Assembly: GCA_963693365.1 (NCBI GenBank)
Contig: CAVNZM010000006.1
Coordinates: 11,597,355-11,661,354 of the forward strand
From: Amoebidium appalachense
Taxonomy: Eukaryota > Protista > Ichthyosporea
DNA length: 64,000 nucleotides
Reading direction: 5' to 3'
The position numbers and the translations under genes were made by a program. This document shows positions 1 through 9,925 of this stretch, piece after piece (within the stretch, counting starts at the first letter, position 1; each line of letters begins with the position of its first letter). The notes under the pieces are model-generated. The model searched no databases, was not told the origin of the DNA, and worked only from the letters and a program-made list of their open reading frames with translations.

Positions 1-69
1 CAATACTGTAATTGTGCCCGGGCGGGGGTTCATGGGCACAAGGATTGCCGTAAACGGTGCCATGAGGGT

Positions 70-300
70 GCATCGCACGATATATACGCCACGTTTGTTG
101 TGTGTACATCGCACGATAAATATGCTTCGTGGGTACATCGCACGATAAATAAATATGCTACGAGATAATGCTACGTGGGTACATCGCACAATTCACCTGC
201 ATGTGGGTGCATTCGCATCGCAAATTGTGTCGTGTGCGCATGCACATGGTGCATGGCATCGCACAAAAATATATTCAAATGTCGACGTGGGTGCATTGCA
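70..300. repeat. Degenerate short tandem repeats (catcgcac[ga]...) left of the element
   Basis: catcgcac recurs about five times, often as gtacatcgcacgataaat. Confidence 0.7.
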
Positions 301-627
301 CACTGCGGTGCGTGTGCACCTTTGCGTGAGTGCATTTATGTGATTGCATGCATGGGTGCCATGCGCACGTGAGCGCACGTGCTAGCACATGCAAGGTAAT
401 TCATGTACCATAGGGGTGATCACATGACGTGCATGGGAACAACACACGTGCCGTGTGGGTGCACGAACACAACACATATACATGTGGGTGAATGTGAAAA
501 GTGAATGTGATTGTTACCCCGTGGTTTCATGTGCACAGCATGTATGTTCGCGTACGTGGCCCCATCGGAACGAAGTTGAGTTGGCGCCTTCAATTTTATT
601 GCACCAATCACCGTGCGAGCTGGGTGA

Positions 628-842
628 ACACATGTCGTACCCCCCATTTCCGTGGTTTTTTTTGTAGCTCGAAAATAATGCATCATACAGTGCTCGACCC
701 GGCCGAGATACGTCCAAATTGGCGCTGGTTCAAGCGGTATAGGGGGAGCGCCCAGGAGGGCGTTCGATGGCTGGGTTGGGCTTTGTGATGGCATGCGGAA
801 TAGCTTTATTTGGCTAGAAGTTTTAGCCTTAGATGGCTTGAC
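628..842 (+). repeat. Left terminal inverted repeat of the Polinton-like element
   Basis: Reverse complement of 12610-12824; one mismatch noticed (827 vs 12625). Confidence 0.97.
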
Positions 843-893
843 TCTTGATTGTCAGCCAATCGCGTTTAGGGAAGGGCGTATACCAGCTCCACG

Positions 894-1397
894 ATGCCAA
901 ATACTGCTTTTTTGCAAGTTTTCCCGGGTACAGAAACTTTTTGTGTTTGTTGTATGTACATAAGGCATACCAGGTCCAAGATGATGCAAACCCAGGACAT
1001 TACCAGCGAGGGGCCAGATAAGATGGCAAAGTTAGCCTGCGAGTACATTCGTCTCAGAAAGCTGGGCAGAAACACAATGACGTACAGGGACACGGAGAAG
1101 AAGCGTGTATACTCCCGCCTGCTGATTAAATACATGCGCAGCCACCGGCTGCTCACATTGCAAATCCCAGGTGTGGATGATAAAGCCATTTCCCTGCAAA
1201 AGGTGAGGGGCAAAGCTGCAATGTCTCTAAAACGCATTCAACAAGCATGCAAGGAGTATTGTGATGCGGTGAAGGGAGGTAAACTTGAGCTCTCTCCTGA
1301 GACTATGATGGCGTTCATAACCACAAAGCAGCCTGAAACTACCAACTGGAAGCTTGCAGTCCAAGAGAAGTCTTCAGATTCATGGTTTGAGGCATGA
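894..1397 (+). CDS. Element ORF1: basic helical protein, tentatively like an NCLDV conserved family (DUF5760-like); start may be ATG 981 or 1023
   Basis: Intronless ORF just inside the left TIR; pattern L..EY.RL...KK...LIKYM....L..L.I...ISL...MS.K.I...Y...E.MM.FI...P resembles my recollection of that family. Confidence 0.55.
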   Translation: MPNTAFLQVFPGTETFCVCCMYIRHTRSKMMQTQDITSEGPDKMAKLACEYIRLRKLGRNTMTYRDTEKKRVYSRLLIKYMRSHRLLTLQIPGVDDKAISLQKVRGKAAMSLKRIQQACKEYCDAVKGGKLELSPETMMAFITTKQPETTNWKLAVQEKSSDSWFEA

Positions 1398-1429
1398 CAG
1401 AAATTAATTTTTGGGGATGAGAGGTAATC

Positions 1430-2146
1430 ATGGCTACACCCAGCGCAAACATGTTGGAGGCCCCGGGGCTTACAGAGGATTTGGTGGCTCTCGTGGCGGG
1501 CACCGACGAATCAGGGCAGGCAGGAAGGCCTCCCTCCATGACTGATAGTATGCTTGACCGTGATCTAATGGAAGCCGTGGAAAACAAAAGTGTGGCACGA
1601 CGAGAACGTGCAGAGGCTAGAGCTGCAGCCGAAGCCGCAGCCGGCGCTACACTAGCACTTGAAGCACAGGCAGGTGCCTCAGCTCCGAGGCTGGATGCAT
1701 CCAGCATGCATGATGCAGACACAGGCCCGCATGGCATTGCGGAGCTTAGTTGCTCGTCGCAGCATCTTGGTAGCATGACAAAGGCGTGTGGCCAGCTCCA
1801 TACAGTGCATGGTATAATCGTGTTATTTGCATACATAGCAACTACAGTGTTGAGGGTTATATCGAAGGGTATACAATTGATGGGGTGGCCTGAGAAGCTG
1901 CAGGGAGACCTTGCCAGTGGTGTGTTTGACTCGCACATTTACGCGCTGCTAGATGCGTGTACTGACGCGGCGCTGGTAAAAAATCCGATGCTGGAGCTGG
2001 GAGTGAGACTTACACTGTCAGCAATATTTCATCACAGAAGCTCGAAGCTAGCCCAGGCCGTCTCTCACGTCCACTGGCAGTCTGAGAGCATAGAACAGCC
2101 TCATGGGCAGCTTATGGACCATCTTGACCGATCTGTCACTGTGTGA
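1430..2146 (+). CDS. Element ORF2, 238 aa; C-terminal half tentatively like an NCLDV conserved family (DUF5767-like)
   Basis: Low-complexity N-terminus, then a hydrophobic helix and GIQLMGWPEKL...NPMLELGVRLTLSAIFHH, which resembles the recalled consensus DIKLDGWSE...APELKLLFMLGGSAFMFH. Confidence 0.55.
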   Translation: MATPSANMLEAPGLTEDLVALVAGTDESGQAGRPPSMTDSMLDRDLMEAVENKSVARRERAEARAAAEAAAGATLALEAQAGASAPRLDASSMHDADTGPHGIAELSCSSQHLGSMTKACGQLHTVHGIIVLFAYIATTVLRVISKGIQLMGWPEKLQGDLASGVFDSHIYALLDACTDAALVKNPMLELGVRLTLSAIFHHRSSKLAQAVSHVHWQSESIEQPHGQLMDHLDRSVTV

Positions 2147-2277
2147 CACCCAGTGTGCATGGAGTTCGAGTCTTTGAGCCACTTAGTGAGTGAATAAAAG
2201 TTTGTGGCTGAAATTTCCTGTTTCCGTGGGTTGCGATGTAAAAATTCCATTCATCCGTTCAACCCCAAATCTACATC

Positions 2278-3102
2278 ATGTCTGCGTTTGCCTTCCTGAA
2301 CCCCAGTAGCGAGGATACGACTGTAGGAGGCTACGGTAAGGCCTTCAATTACAAAGTGATTGCGTCATTGGTGCCTGCCAAAGAGCTTGCAACTGCCGTT
2401 GCCGAAGAGATGCCAGAAGCCATGCGGTACGTGCATGACAGACTGTCCGCAGCTTACGGTAGCAGCTACACACAGCACAACGTCAAGCAGTTCCTGCTCA
2501 CCTGGCCGGTGGCTATCAAAGCCTTCCATGATGCCACAACCCCAAAGATTAGTGCGCTTCGCCAGGCAGCGGAAGACAAATACAAGCTGCGCAGGGAGAG
2601 ACAGGAGGCAGACAAGCCCATCCGTGCCCAGGTCAACAAGCGTGTTGCACCCTACCTGCAAGGCTACCAGGGCTGCCTCATGAAGCGCTTGAAGCCGGAA
2701 GATTTCACTGAGTGTTCTACTCTGGCAAATATGGAAAACCAGGACAATCAGCTGGTAGGCAGGGGTGCCATGGTGCCTGTGCGTGGCCTTCGAGAGCGTG
2801 TGATAAACGAGAAGGGTATCGGTACATTGTTTAATGAGGAGATTGCACCGGCTGTGCAAGAGTACCAAGGTAGGCAGACAGGGGCATGGAATTCTGTATA
2901 CCCGCCTGGGGTAGCAAGGTCTATCGAGCAGCGTGGCTTCTACAGGGATGACAGGCAGCCCATGACAGAGACTCAGGCCGCTTTGCGCGGTATGCGACTG
3001 CAGCTTAAGGAGAGGCTGAATGCCGTCAAGCTCCGTGAAACACAGGAGGCTTTGCAGAGCATGGGTCAGAGGCCTTCGTTTGTTCTCAATGCTGCCCAGT
3101 AA
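2278..3102 (+). CDS. Element ORF3, 274-aa predicted helical protein of unknown function
   Basis: Long intronless ORF with ATG, AT-rich upstream spacer, convergent with the integrase; no recognisable motif and not jelly-roll-like by eye. Confidence 0.75.
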   Translation: MSAFAFLNPSSEDTTVGGYGKAFNYKVIASLVPAKELATAVAEEMPEAMRYVHDRLSAAYGSSYTQHNVKQFLLTWPVAIKAFHDATTPKISALRQAAEDKYKLRRERQEADKPIRAQVNKRVAPYLQGYQGCLMKRLKPEDFTECSTLANMENQDNQLVGRGAMVPVRGLRERVINEKGIGTLFNEEIAPAVQEYQGRQTGAWNSVYPPGVARSIEQRGFYRDDRQPMTETQAALRGMRLQLKERLNAVKLRETQEALQSMGQRPSFVLNAAQ

Positions 3103-3115
3103 AGAGTTTGTAGTA

Positions 3116-4249
3116 CTAGTGCCTGCCGCGATGGCGCTTTCTGCCAGACACGCCAGGCTGTGGGAATGTGGCAGGAACCGATCTCTTGTTGCCCATTTGG
3201 AACAAAATGTCGGCAGCATACAGGTCTTGCTGTAGCGGAGTCATGGCATCCAATATGGCCGATGTTTCCTTCTCTTGTTGTGTATGTGTGCTGGTGTCAG
3301 CGGGGGTGGGTAGTATGTCACGTGGGTGGCGGCGTCTGGTCACGCCCGGCTGCCCCTCAAGCTCCACTGTATACTTGAAGCCGGAAAGAAATTTGACAAC
3401 CCAGAGTGACGGGTCCCAATCCCCTGTGCCTGTGTTGACTGTCATGCTTTTCTTTGAAAAGAGCGCGTCTTTCAGTGCCTCGTCTGAGCGTATGCGCACC
3501 TTGTCGCCCGGGAGATACTTAAATGCTGTTTTCATGACTCGCTTTGCCTTCTTTACTGTTTTTAGGTGGTAGCGCTGCTCGTCGTGGTAGGTCACCAGGA
3601 ATGGAGGCTTGCCGCTGACTGCTGAGTGACATCGTGTGTTATATGTTAGTTCGATGTCCACCCACCCATTCTCATAAAAGAGGTTCAGGTAGGCAAGTCC
3701 TAGCTCAAACCTGCTTGCCATTAGCTCACGCAGGCTGCGATTAAACCTCTCCACGATGCTGTTGGCTCTATGATCGCCTGAATCCAGCATTATGTGCTGC
3801 ATGCCCATTCCCCTCACATAAGCTGTAAACTCGCCCTTGAATTCTGAACCCGGGTCTGTGATGAGCCTTTTAAAGGTGTGTGGTCCGTCTGCCCCTGCCA
3901 TGTAGTCGCTTGCTACGCCCGTGTACCCCCTGCTTGTTTCATTCTCAGGGCGCCATGCCACAGCTCTCAGAGCATACAATCTCCGAAGTGCTATTTTGAA
4001 GCCCTCTCTCACAGTGACAGAGTCACGGGCAGTCAGCGGTACCCACACTCCTCTCTTTGAGTTTACCTCGATGACAGTGAGTACAAACGGGTGTGCCTGC
4101 CCGGTCTGTGGATGCTTCTGCATACTTCCAAGGTCAATAGTGAGCACACGCTGGCGACCGGGGTATGTCAACCTCCAGCTTGCAAGGTACATGAGATCGG
4201 CATTCAGGGTCAGTGGAGGTGCTGTTACTGGAATGTCCATCTTAGACAT
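3116..4249 (-). CDS. Retroviral-like (rve, DDE) integrase of Polinton type
   Basis: LNADLMYL (D1), FVLTVIEVNSK, LITDPGSEF (D2), IVERFNRSLR (E, 34 residues after D2), YNTRCHSAV..PP, and C-terminal SH3-like YLPGDKVRIR. Confidence 0.95.
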   Translation of the reverse strand: MSKMDIPVTAPPLTLNADLMYLASWRLTYPGRQRVLTIDLGSMQKHPQTGQAHPFVLTVIEVNSKRGVWVPLTARDSVTVREGFKIALRRLYALRAVAWRPENETSRGYTGVASDYMAGADGPHTFKRLITDPGSEFKGEFTAYVRGMGMQHIMLDSGDHRANSIVERFNRSLRELMASRFELGLAYLNLFYENGWVDIELTYNTRCHSAVSGKPPFLVTYHDEQRYHLKTVKKAKRVMKTAFKYLPGDKVRIRSDEALKDALFSKKSMTVNTGTGDWDPSLWVVKFLSGFKYTVELEGQPGVTRRRHPRDILPTPADTSTHTQQEKETSAILDAMTPLQQDLYAADILFQMGNKRSVPATFPQPGVSGRKRHRGRH

Positions 4250-4284
4250 GCGAGCAACTTGCTTTCACAACCTTACCAAAATAA

Positions 4285-4794
4285 TCAACTTGCATGTGTA
4301 AAAGGTTCTATTTGGCCCGACTCTCTAAAAGTGGCTGGCATCAGCCTGGCCGCCAGCCAGCCCGGCAAGTCTGTAACAGGCTGAGACATGGTCTTCAGTG
4401 CTGTCTGGTCTAGGTGTTCAGTGGAGTGTGCTATCCATGTCGAAAACTTTTTCTCTATCTCCCAGAGGGAGACCTCTGGCTTTTTTAAATGTTTGTTAAC
4501 GCTGTTGTGAACGTCAATTAGCCAGGCAACCAGCGACTCTCGACCCTGTAAGGCAGCATCACCCAAAGCCAGCTTTCCCTTTACTAACATAGTCTGCCAG
4601 TGCCCGCGGCAGGACTCACATGGTAGCACGTGTCCTAAGCTGAAAAAGAAGTCTCTGTATTGTTTTCTATCGGCACTAGACGGTCTGGATGGGTAGCCAA
4701 AGGAGACAGCATGCAAAGAAAGCCACAGGTGCGGGCCCCAGTGGGTACTGTGTAAGTTATATCGGTCTACACTGAGTCTATGAACAGCATCCAT
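4285..4794 (-). CDS. Erv1/Alr-family FAD-linked sulfhydryl oxidase (NCLDV E10/B119L-like)
   Basis: WGPHLWLSLHAVSFGYP, LPCESCRGHW (CxxC), WLIDVHNSVNKHLKKP. Confidence 0.95.
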   Translation of the reverse strand: MDAVHRLSVDRYNLHSTHWGPHLWLSLHAVSFGYPSRPSSADRKQYRDFFFSLGHVLPCESCRGHWQTMLVKGKLALGDAALQGRESLVAWLIDVHNSVNKHLKKPEVSLWEIEKKFSTWIAHSTEHLDQTALKTMSQPVTDLPGWLAARLMPATFRESGQIEPFTHAS

Positions 4795-4916
4795 TGTCTA
4801 AGTTAATGCTATACTTGAACATAAAATGCCCCCATACTTGCGCCGCAAATGACAAACCAGTGACAACCACTGGCAGTTACCAATTCGAAAAAAAACCCAA
4901 CAAGTCAAACCAAAGC

Positions 4917-7900
4917 TCAAAAGCCATAGGGAGTAGAAGTGATTGTGTGCACGGTGCCGTCGTCATTCATCACCCGGTCATCGGGCTTGCAGATCAGACG
5001 CTTGGCGAAAGTCACACGCACTATCTTCTTCTCTGGCTGGGTCACGGGCTTCCCTCCGACCGTGCGTTTGATGCCATATGCTCTTTCAACAGTCAAGCCG
5101 GGGGTCTCGCGCAGGACAAGTCGAGTGTATGCATCTAGGTCCAGAATGTCGCGGGTAGCAGCATTAAATGGGACTCCTTTCATCTTGACACTATCTACCT
5201 CAGAGCCCGACACCTCCACTTTGCGATACGCATAGCTCTTGGGGCCAAGGCAGCGAAGTTTGGAAATGTGCTCGCCGGGCTTGAGCTCGTCTGCCAAATC
5301 CCCCAGAAGCATGCCTTTTTGAGGGTGGCAATGCAGGGGGTTGCTGCTGTCATAGATGTAGTAGATAGAGTCGGTGTCGCAGTACGCTGGCTGGCTGGGA
5401 TGTAGCTTATCCATGCTGATGTGCAGCTTGACACGGCCCCAGGCAGTGGTGCAGGCGGCGATGATGGGGCATGTGGTGATGTGCGATTGGCCAAGGGAAG
5501 CCGCCTTCTCCGATAGCTTGTATCGTACCAACACCCAGCCGGGTACATCCAGAAATCGGACATCTATAGCATCATAGTCCTTTGCCTCATACCTATCCCA
5601 CTTCTCCTTGAATGCCTTGTAGCCGTGCATGGTGTCAGGAAGCGTCATTGAGCCCCACTTATCGTGACGCTCGCCGGTTTTGCCAAAGGGGTTGACAATA
5701 ATGCTCTTAGCCAGAGCCACTCGGCCTGGATTTTTGGCTGCGGGGTCCATGATCTTCTCAGGGGTGAGGGCTAGTTCAGGCTGGGCCACAGGGTCTACAC
5801 CCATGCGCTGGTTGTATCTGCTGCAGTAGTCTGCGACCTGCTCGGGTGTCTTGCAGTGGCTGGGCACCCCATCACCTTGAGCCTTCACAGTGTACCAGTG
5901 CTTGATGAGCGGTGCAAATATGTCAACACTGGTCCGTTCATAGACACGAGCATACTTCAGGTCCAGCATCTCGTAGCCCTTGTACAGGGCGTACCTGATC
6001 TCCTGCACAGTCCACACATGTGTAATGGCACGCTCGTGCTCGCGGTGTCTGCATGTCCTGGGGGCGGAGGGACCAATCTCTGCGCATGCCCTGCACAGGG
6101 TCTCCACAAGGCGCTCAGTGACGTGTATCCGACCCTCCTCGAGGTCCCTGGGCTGCCTCTTGCCCACTGCAATCTTTGCCGACAGCACAGGCCGATGCAG
6201 ACCCCTAGGTGGAAGCATAGTGCATTCGACGAGGCCGAGTTTGCCATTGAAGAGATATGCATGCTCCCTAGGGAAGCCGGGAGGGACTCTGAAGCTGCTG
6301 CCAGTGCACTCGCCATCCGCCCGAAACAGCTGCTCAAACATCTGCGCAGGCGTTGGAGGGGTAGCTGTGCCATACCACAGCCCCACCAGGTCTATCTTGC
6401 GGTAGTTCACAAATGTACCTGCAGGCATGGGGCAGTCTAGTAGAATTGCTGGATAGTGGGACTTGTAGTCGACGACATACATGTACTCGCCGGGCTTGCA
6501 ATCGTGGTACAGGATGTAGCCATTGGTGCAGCCTCCCTTGAAAGCGTCGCGCTCTCTTGGTGGCTTCTGCATGGCAATGTGCAGCAACTTGTCGTGCTCA
6601 CAGAACCACTGCAAAGTCTCCTTCTGCCGCTGCCACTCGCAGCCCCAGATAGAAACCACCTTGTAGCCCATGGCGCGCAGCATCCCACTGCGGCTCTCTG
6701 TCTGCTGCCTTGTCTTGCCAGTCCGGCTATTGAGACCCTGTACTGCCATTGTTTCACAGTCATGGCCATGGAAGCGGCAGCCGTCGAACTCAAAGACTGT
6801 GTTAGTACGGGTGTCATACCCGTCAACATAGAGCTCACGGCCCCCAGCTGCAATCCGATACTGGCCATTGAGTTGCCAACGGAAGCGCCTGTCGAAGAGG
6901 TTGCTTGAATCGTAGCCGCAAATCTTCTCCCGCACATAGCACAGCCACTGCATCTCGTCCATACTAGACCACTGGTGCTTGTAGGGAGAGCCAAACTCAT
7001 GCACTATGGTGTTCTCGGGGAAGATTCTGTCTTGCAGCACGCCATAGACAAAGCTGCCAATAGTGGTACGCGCAAGCGGGTCGATGCCAGGGTAGGCCGC
7101 CTCCACCTCTTTCCTGTAGCAGACACAGGCCTCGCGCAGAATGAGGGTGTCCACCATGCAGTACTTTATGAGCTCCTCCCGATTGTTCCAGCCGGCGGGC
7201 CCGCGTGCTGCTGCCTCCTCCGCATGCCAAACACGAAAGTTTTCAACCTCTTTGGAGCTCTTCATCATCTGCTCAGGCGCCCAGTAGCTCTGGTCAGGCA
7301 GGGGTCCGACATAACCTTCGTGCTCTGGGGTGTTGAACAGGAGTGGATAGTTGAGCTTGCTCAGGCCAGCGTCGCCTGAAAAGCCCCACATTTGCGGGAG
7401 CTGGCTCAGTGGTCGAGGCATGTGGCGCACTGAGTCTTGCACTCGCACGCCATGGTACTGGAGGTATGGCACACTGCTGCCATCCATAATGAAGCTGAAG
7501 TCACCGTTAGCACTGTCAGGACTGCTCTTGCCCTCTCCGGACTTCATGGCGTGAGCTATCTCAGCGGGGCTCAGCTGCTCAAGAAGTGCGTTCAAAATGA
7601 AGTGTACGTCGTATTTTGCGCCATTGTGTGCGTATGCGATGAAGCCTGCATGTGCCGGTTGAAAGAGCCAAGCAATAAAGCGATTCAGGGCCTGCGGCCC
7701 CGCCCATATGTACACCTCCGGGGGCAGTTCAGAGTGCTTGCTCTGAAACCCAGGGCAGGTGCGTACCTCAACACCCGCCAGCAAAGCTTCATCGACTGGC
7801 TTGGGCGGGTTGACAGTGTAGCTGGCGACAACAACATTGACGTCTTGGGGCTGCCCAGTGCCAGCCCTCATGTATGCCTCAAAATCAAAGCATATGAGGC

Positions 7901-9314
7901 CGGCTGGGGTCAGGGTAGCCCGCTTTCTTGCTGACAGAGGCTGATAAGGCTTGTGGTTGATGAAGCAGAAGTGTGTGTCGCGATGGTTGAGCTTCATGCA
8001 TAGCCTGCACAGCTTCCAATCGCACACGCCCCACTCTTGGTGGAGCTTCCACAGTTCAGGCGAAGATTTGTCGATAGCTTGTGGGTCCTTATGCATGACC
8101 TGGCAGAGAGTCTCCCAGTTGCTCTTGTAGTCATTCCGCAGCTTCTTCTTGCTGCACAAGCGCACACAGCTGCTGCACCAGAAGAAGTTGGCCGAAAGTT
8201 TTGCACAAGTGTCGGCATCGTGGTTAGCTACACACTCAGCCGGGAGAGGAATGGCACAGCCAGTGCAAGTCATGGGGGTCAGGTCACCGTCAGCCGGAAA
8301 CACCAGCTGGTGTTGACCGTTTCTGACACTGCAGCTGTTGCATGGACTGCTGGCGCCACTATCCATGCTTGCTCTGACACACCTATGCTGGTGCCGGTCA
8401 ACCAAATCCAAGCACCAGTCGCATGGGGTCAGGTGCTTTGTTGTGGCAAAGGTACGCCCATGGAGAGCTCGCCTCCGCTCCCTGCACAGATGCAGTGCCT
8501 TCATATCCTTAATGAGCTGGACATGCTGATGCCCCCGGCCCCCTGACCCACTCACTGTGACGCCCTCAATGGCAAGGTAGGCAAAAACAACACGACCGCT
8601 GTCTTCTGCATCTGCTTTTAGCAGCTCGTTGTATGGCTGGGTACCCCGCTGAGGGATGCTGGCAAACACACGACAGTCATCGTCCAAATTTACAAGACGT
8701 AAACACAACATACGCTTGCCTGCCCCGAACTCACTGCTCCACACAGCGCCAGTGTTAATCAGGTACACAGCCTGCTCCATCTCCTCTCCGGTCCATGCAC
8801 GGCTCTCAATACCAGCAAACAGCTGGGGGTTGCTGTTTTTTACTGCTGCACGAACAATGTCGGCACCCTTTTCACGCGCGGACCGTGCCAGCCACCTAGG
8901 GTCTCCGTTCAGCTCATGCCGCCGATATTTGTCCAAAAGGACGGCAGCCGCCAGGTTGGTAGTAAAGCAGTCCTGCTTGCCCTTGCTGCTGTAGTCTGCA
9001 ATTGCACCATCTTTGCGCAAGTGTGCAGCATTGCTGTTTGCTTCATTGCTACGTTCCACACTAGAGAGGGGGCAGCCAACACGCATTCCAGCACGCCACT
9101 GCTGAAGCACATTGGTGGACCCTCCTTGCTGTCTGTCAGCTGCTTGATGCTCGGCAGTGCCAATTATCACCTCTATGTGGCAGCGCGAGAATTCAAAAGC
9201 AAATGTTGTGCCATACTGATGCTCCATATCACTGTAGTAGTCGCTGAGGCTACGCACCAGGCTGACACTGCGGACATCTGCAAGCGGCACAATGGTCTGC
9301 CATACCACTGTCAT
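4917..9314 (-). CDS. polB: Protein-primed family B DNA polymerase (pPolB), main part; true N-terminus displaced by the LTR insertion
   Basis: ExoI FDFEAY, ExoII AHNGAKYDVHFI, ExoIII YCMVDTLIL, inserted PD-(D/E)XK/VSR-like VDGYD...FEFDGCRFHGH, motif A DYKSHYP, motif B KSIIVNPFGK, motif C YCDTDS, GPKSYAY, KMKGV; N-terminal Cys/His pair and Zn-finger-like Cys clusters. Confidence 0.97.
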   Translation of the reverse strand: MTVVWQTIVPLADVRSVSLVRSLSDYYSDMEHQYGTTFAFEFSRCHIEVIIGTAEHQAADRQQGGSTNVLQQWRAGMRVGCPLSSVERSNEANSNAAHLRKDGAIADYSSKGKQDCFTTNLAAAVLLDKYRRHELNGDPRWLARSAREKGADIVRAAVKNSNPQLFAGIESRAWTGEEMEQAVYLINTGAVWSSEFGAGKRMLCLRLVNLDDDCRVFASIPQRGTQPYNELLKADAEDSGRVVFAYLAIEGVTVSGSGGRGHQHVQLIKDMKALHLCRERRRALHGRTFATTKHLTPCDWCLDLVDRHQHRCVRASMDSGASSPCNSCSVRNGQHQLVFPADGDLTPMTCTGCAIPLPAECVANHDADTCAKLSANFFWCSSCVRLCSKKKLRNDYKSNWETLCQVMHKDPQAIDKSSPELWKLHQEWGVCDWKLCRLCMKLNHRDTHFCFINHKPYQPLSARKRATLTPAGLICFDFEAYMRAGTGQPQDVNVVVASYTVNPPKPVDEALLAGVEVRTCPGFQSKHSELPPEVYIWAGPQALNRFIAWLFQPAHAGFIAYAHNGAKYDVHFILNALLEQLSPAEIAHAMKSGEGKSSPDSANGDFSFIMDGSSVPYLQYHGVRVQDSVRHMPRPLSQLPQMWGFSGDAGLSKLNYPLLFNTPEHEGYVGPLPDQSYWAPEQMMKSSKEVENFRVWHAEEAAARGPAGWNNREELIKYCMVDTLILREACVCYRKEVEAAYPGIDPLARTTIGSFVYGVLQDRIFPENTIVHEFGSPYKHQWSSMDEMQWLCYVREKICGYDSSNLFDRRFRWQLNGQYRIAAGGRELYVDGYDTRTNTVFEFDGCRFHGHDCETMAVQGLNSRTGKTRQQTESRSGMLRAMGYKVVSIWGCEWQRQKETLQWFCEHDKLLHIAMQKPPRERDAFKGGCTNGYILYHDCKPGEYMYVVDYKSHYPAILLDCPMPAGTFVNYRKIDLVGLWYGTATPPTPAQMFEQLFRADGECTGSSFRVPPGFPREHAYLFNGKLGLVECTMLPPRGLHRPVLSAKIAVGKRQPRDLEEGRIHVTERLVETLCRACAEIGPSAPRTCRHREHERAITHVWTVQEIRYALYKGYEMLDLKYARVYERTSVDIFAPLIKHWYTVKAQGDGVPSHCKTPEQVADYCSRYNQRMGVDPVAQPELALTPEKIMDPAAKNPGRVALAKSIIVNPFGKTGERHDKWGSMTLPDTMHGYKAFKEKWDRYEAKDYDAIDVRFLDVPGWVLVRYKLSEKAASLGQSHITTCPIIAACTTAWGRVKLHISMDKLHPSQPAYCDTDSIYYIYDSSNPLHCHPQKGMLLGDLADELKPGEHISKLRCLGPKSYAYRKVEVSGSEVDSVKMKGVPFNAATRDILDLDAYTRLVLRETPGLTVERAYGIKRTVGGKPVTQPEKKIVRVTFAKRLICKPDDRVMNDDGTVHTITSTPYGF

Positions 9315-9913
9315 GTGCTGAGCTGATTCGTATTAGTTTACTTCTATATTTTGTGTTTTGGTGAGTTAATTTCGGGGGTTTTCTTGCATAGTGATGCCGG
9401 GGTCTAAATGGGGTATGAGGAGATTAATCAGTGGTATGGGGAGAATCTGATGCAGCGGCGGCTGATTGTTTGGTGCGCGCGTGCATGCCCCATGCCTCTG
9501 CGTACTCTCCATGTTAAATGTTGTATTGCTTCTTGCTGTGTGCGTGGCGAGACCCATGTTGCCTGCTCGCGTGTGTGTATGCTTATATGTATTGTGAGTA
9601 AACGTGTGTACGTGTTGTAGTGCTGTAGGGGTGTCTGAGGTCGCGGTAGCCAATGGTGTGGAGTGCGTGTAGTCTGTGGGGGAGGGAGTGTTGTGATTGG
9701 CTGAATGTCACTGTGGTATTTGTCTGGCCAGTGGGCCGCGTGTCTGTGAAGTGTCTCGCGGGGTCGCGGGCTTTTGGAAGTTCTTCTCAGAACACAAAAA
9801 ACTCGCTTCCCACCCAACTCAAAGAAAAGTTTATACGTATACACGGTTTCGAGCCCCTTTAAGCGTGCAGATAGTTAGAGTAGTTCATATACACTCTGTT
9901 TGATGCCACGACA
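9309..9913 (+). repeat. 5' LTR
   Basis: Matches 11401-12005 at constant offset 2092; one mismatch noticed (9903 a vs 11995 t). Confidence 0.96.
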
Positions 9914-9925
9914 AGCTACACCCCC
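9914..9925 (+). promoter_or_regulatory. Putative non-canonical primer-binding site
   Basis: AGCTACACCCCC abuts the 5' LTR, lacks TGG, and is the reverse complement of GGGGGTGTAGCT (typical tRNA-Ala 5' end). Confidence 0.4.

Noticed and set aside
2200-2277. NCLDV early promoter (AAAATTGA) upstream of element genes
   Set aside because: Only partial AT-rich matches (aaaaattcc, gaaattt); no exact or shared motif
2365-3219. 284-aa minus-strand ORF and other antisense ORFs inside the element
   Set aside because: Shadow frames of the real ORFs in GC-rich coding DNA
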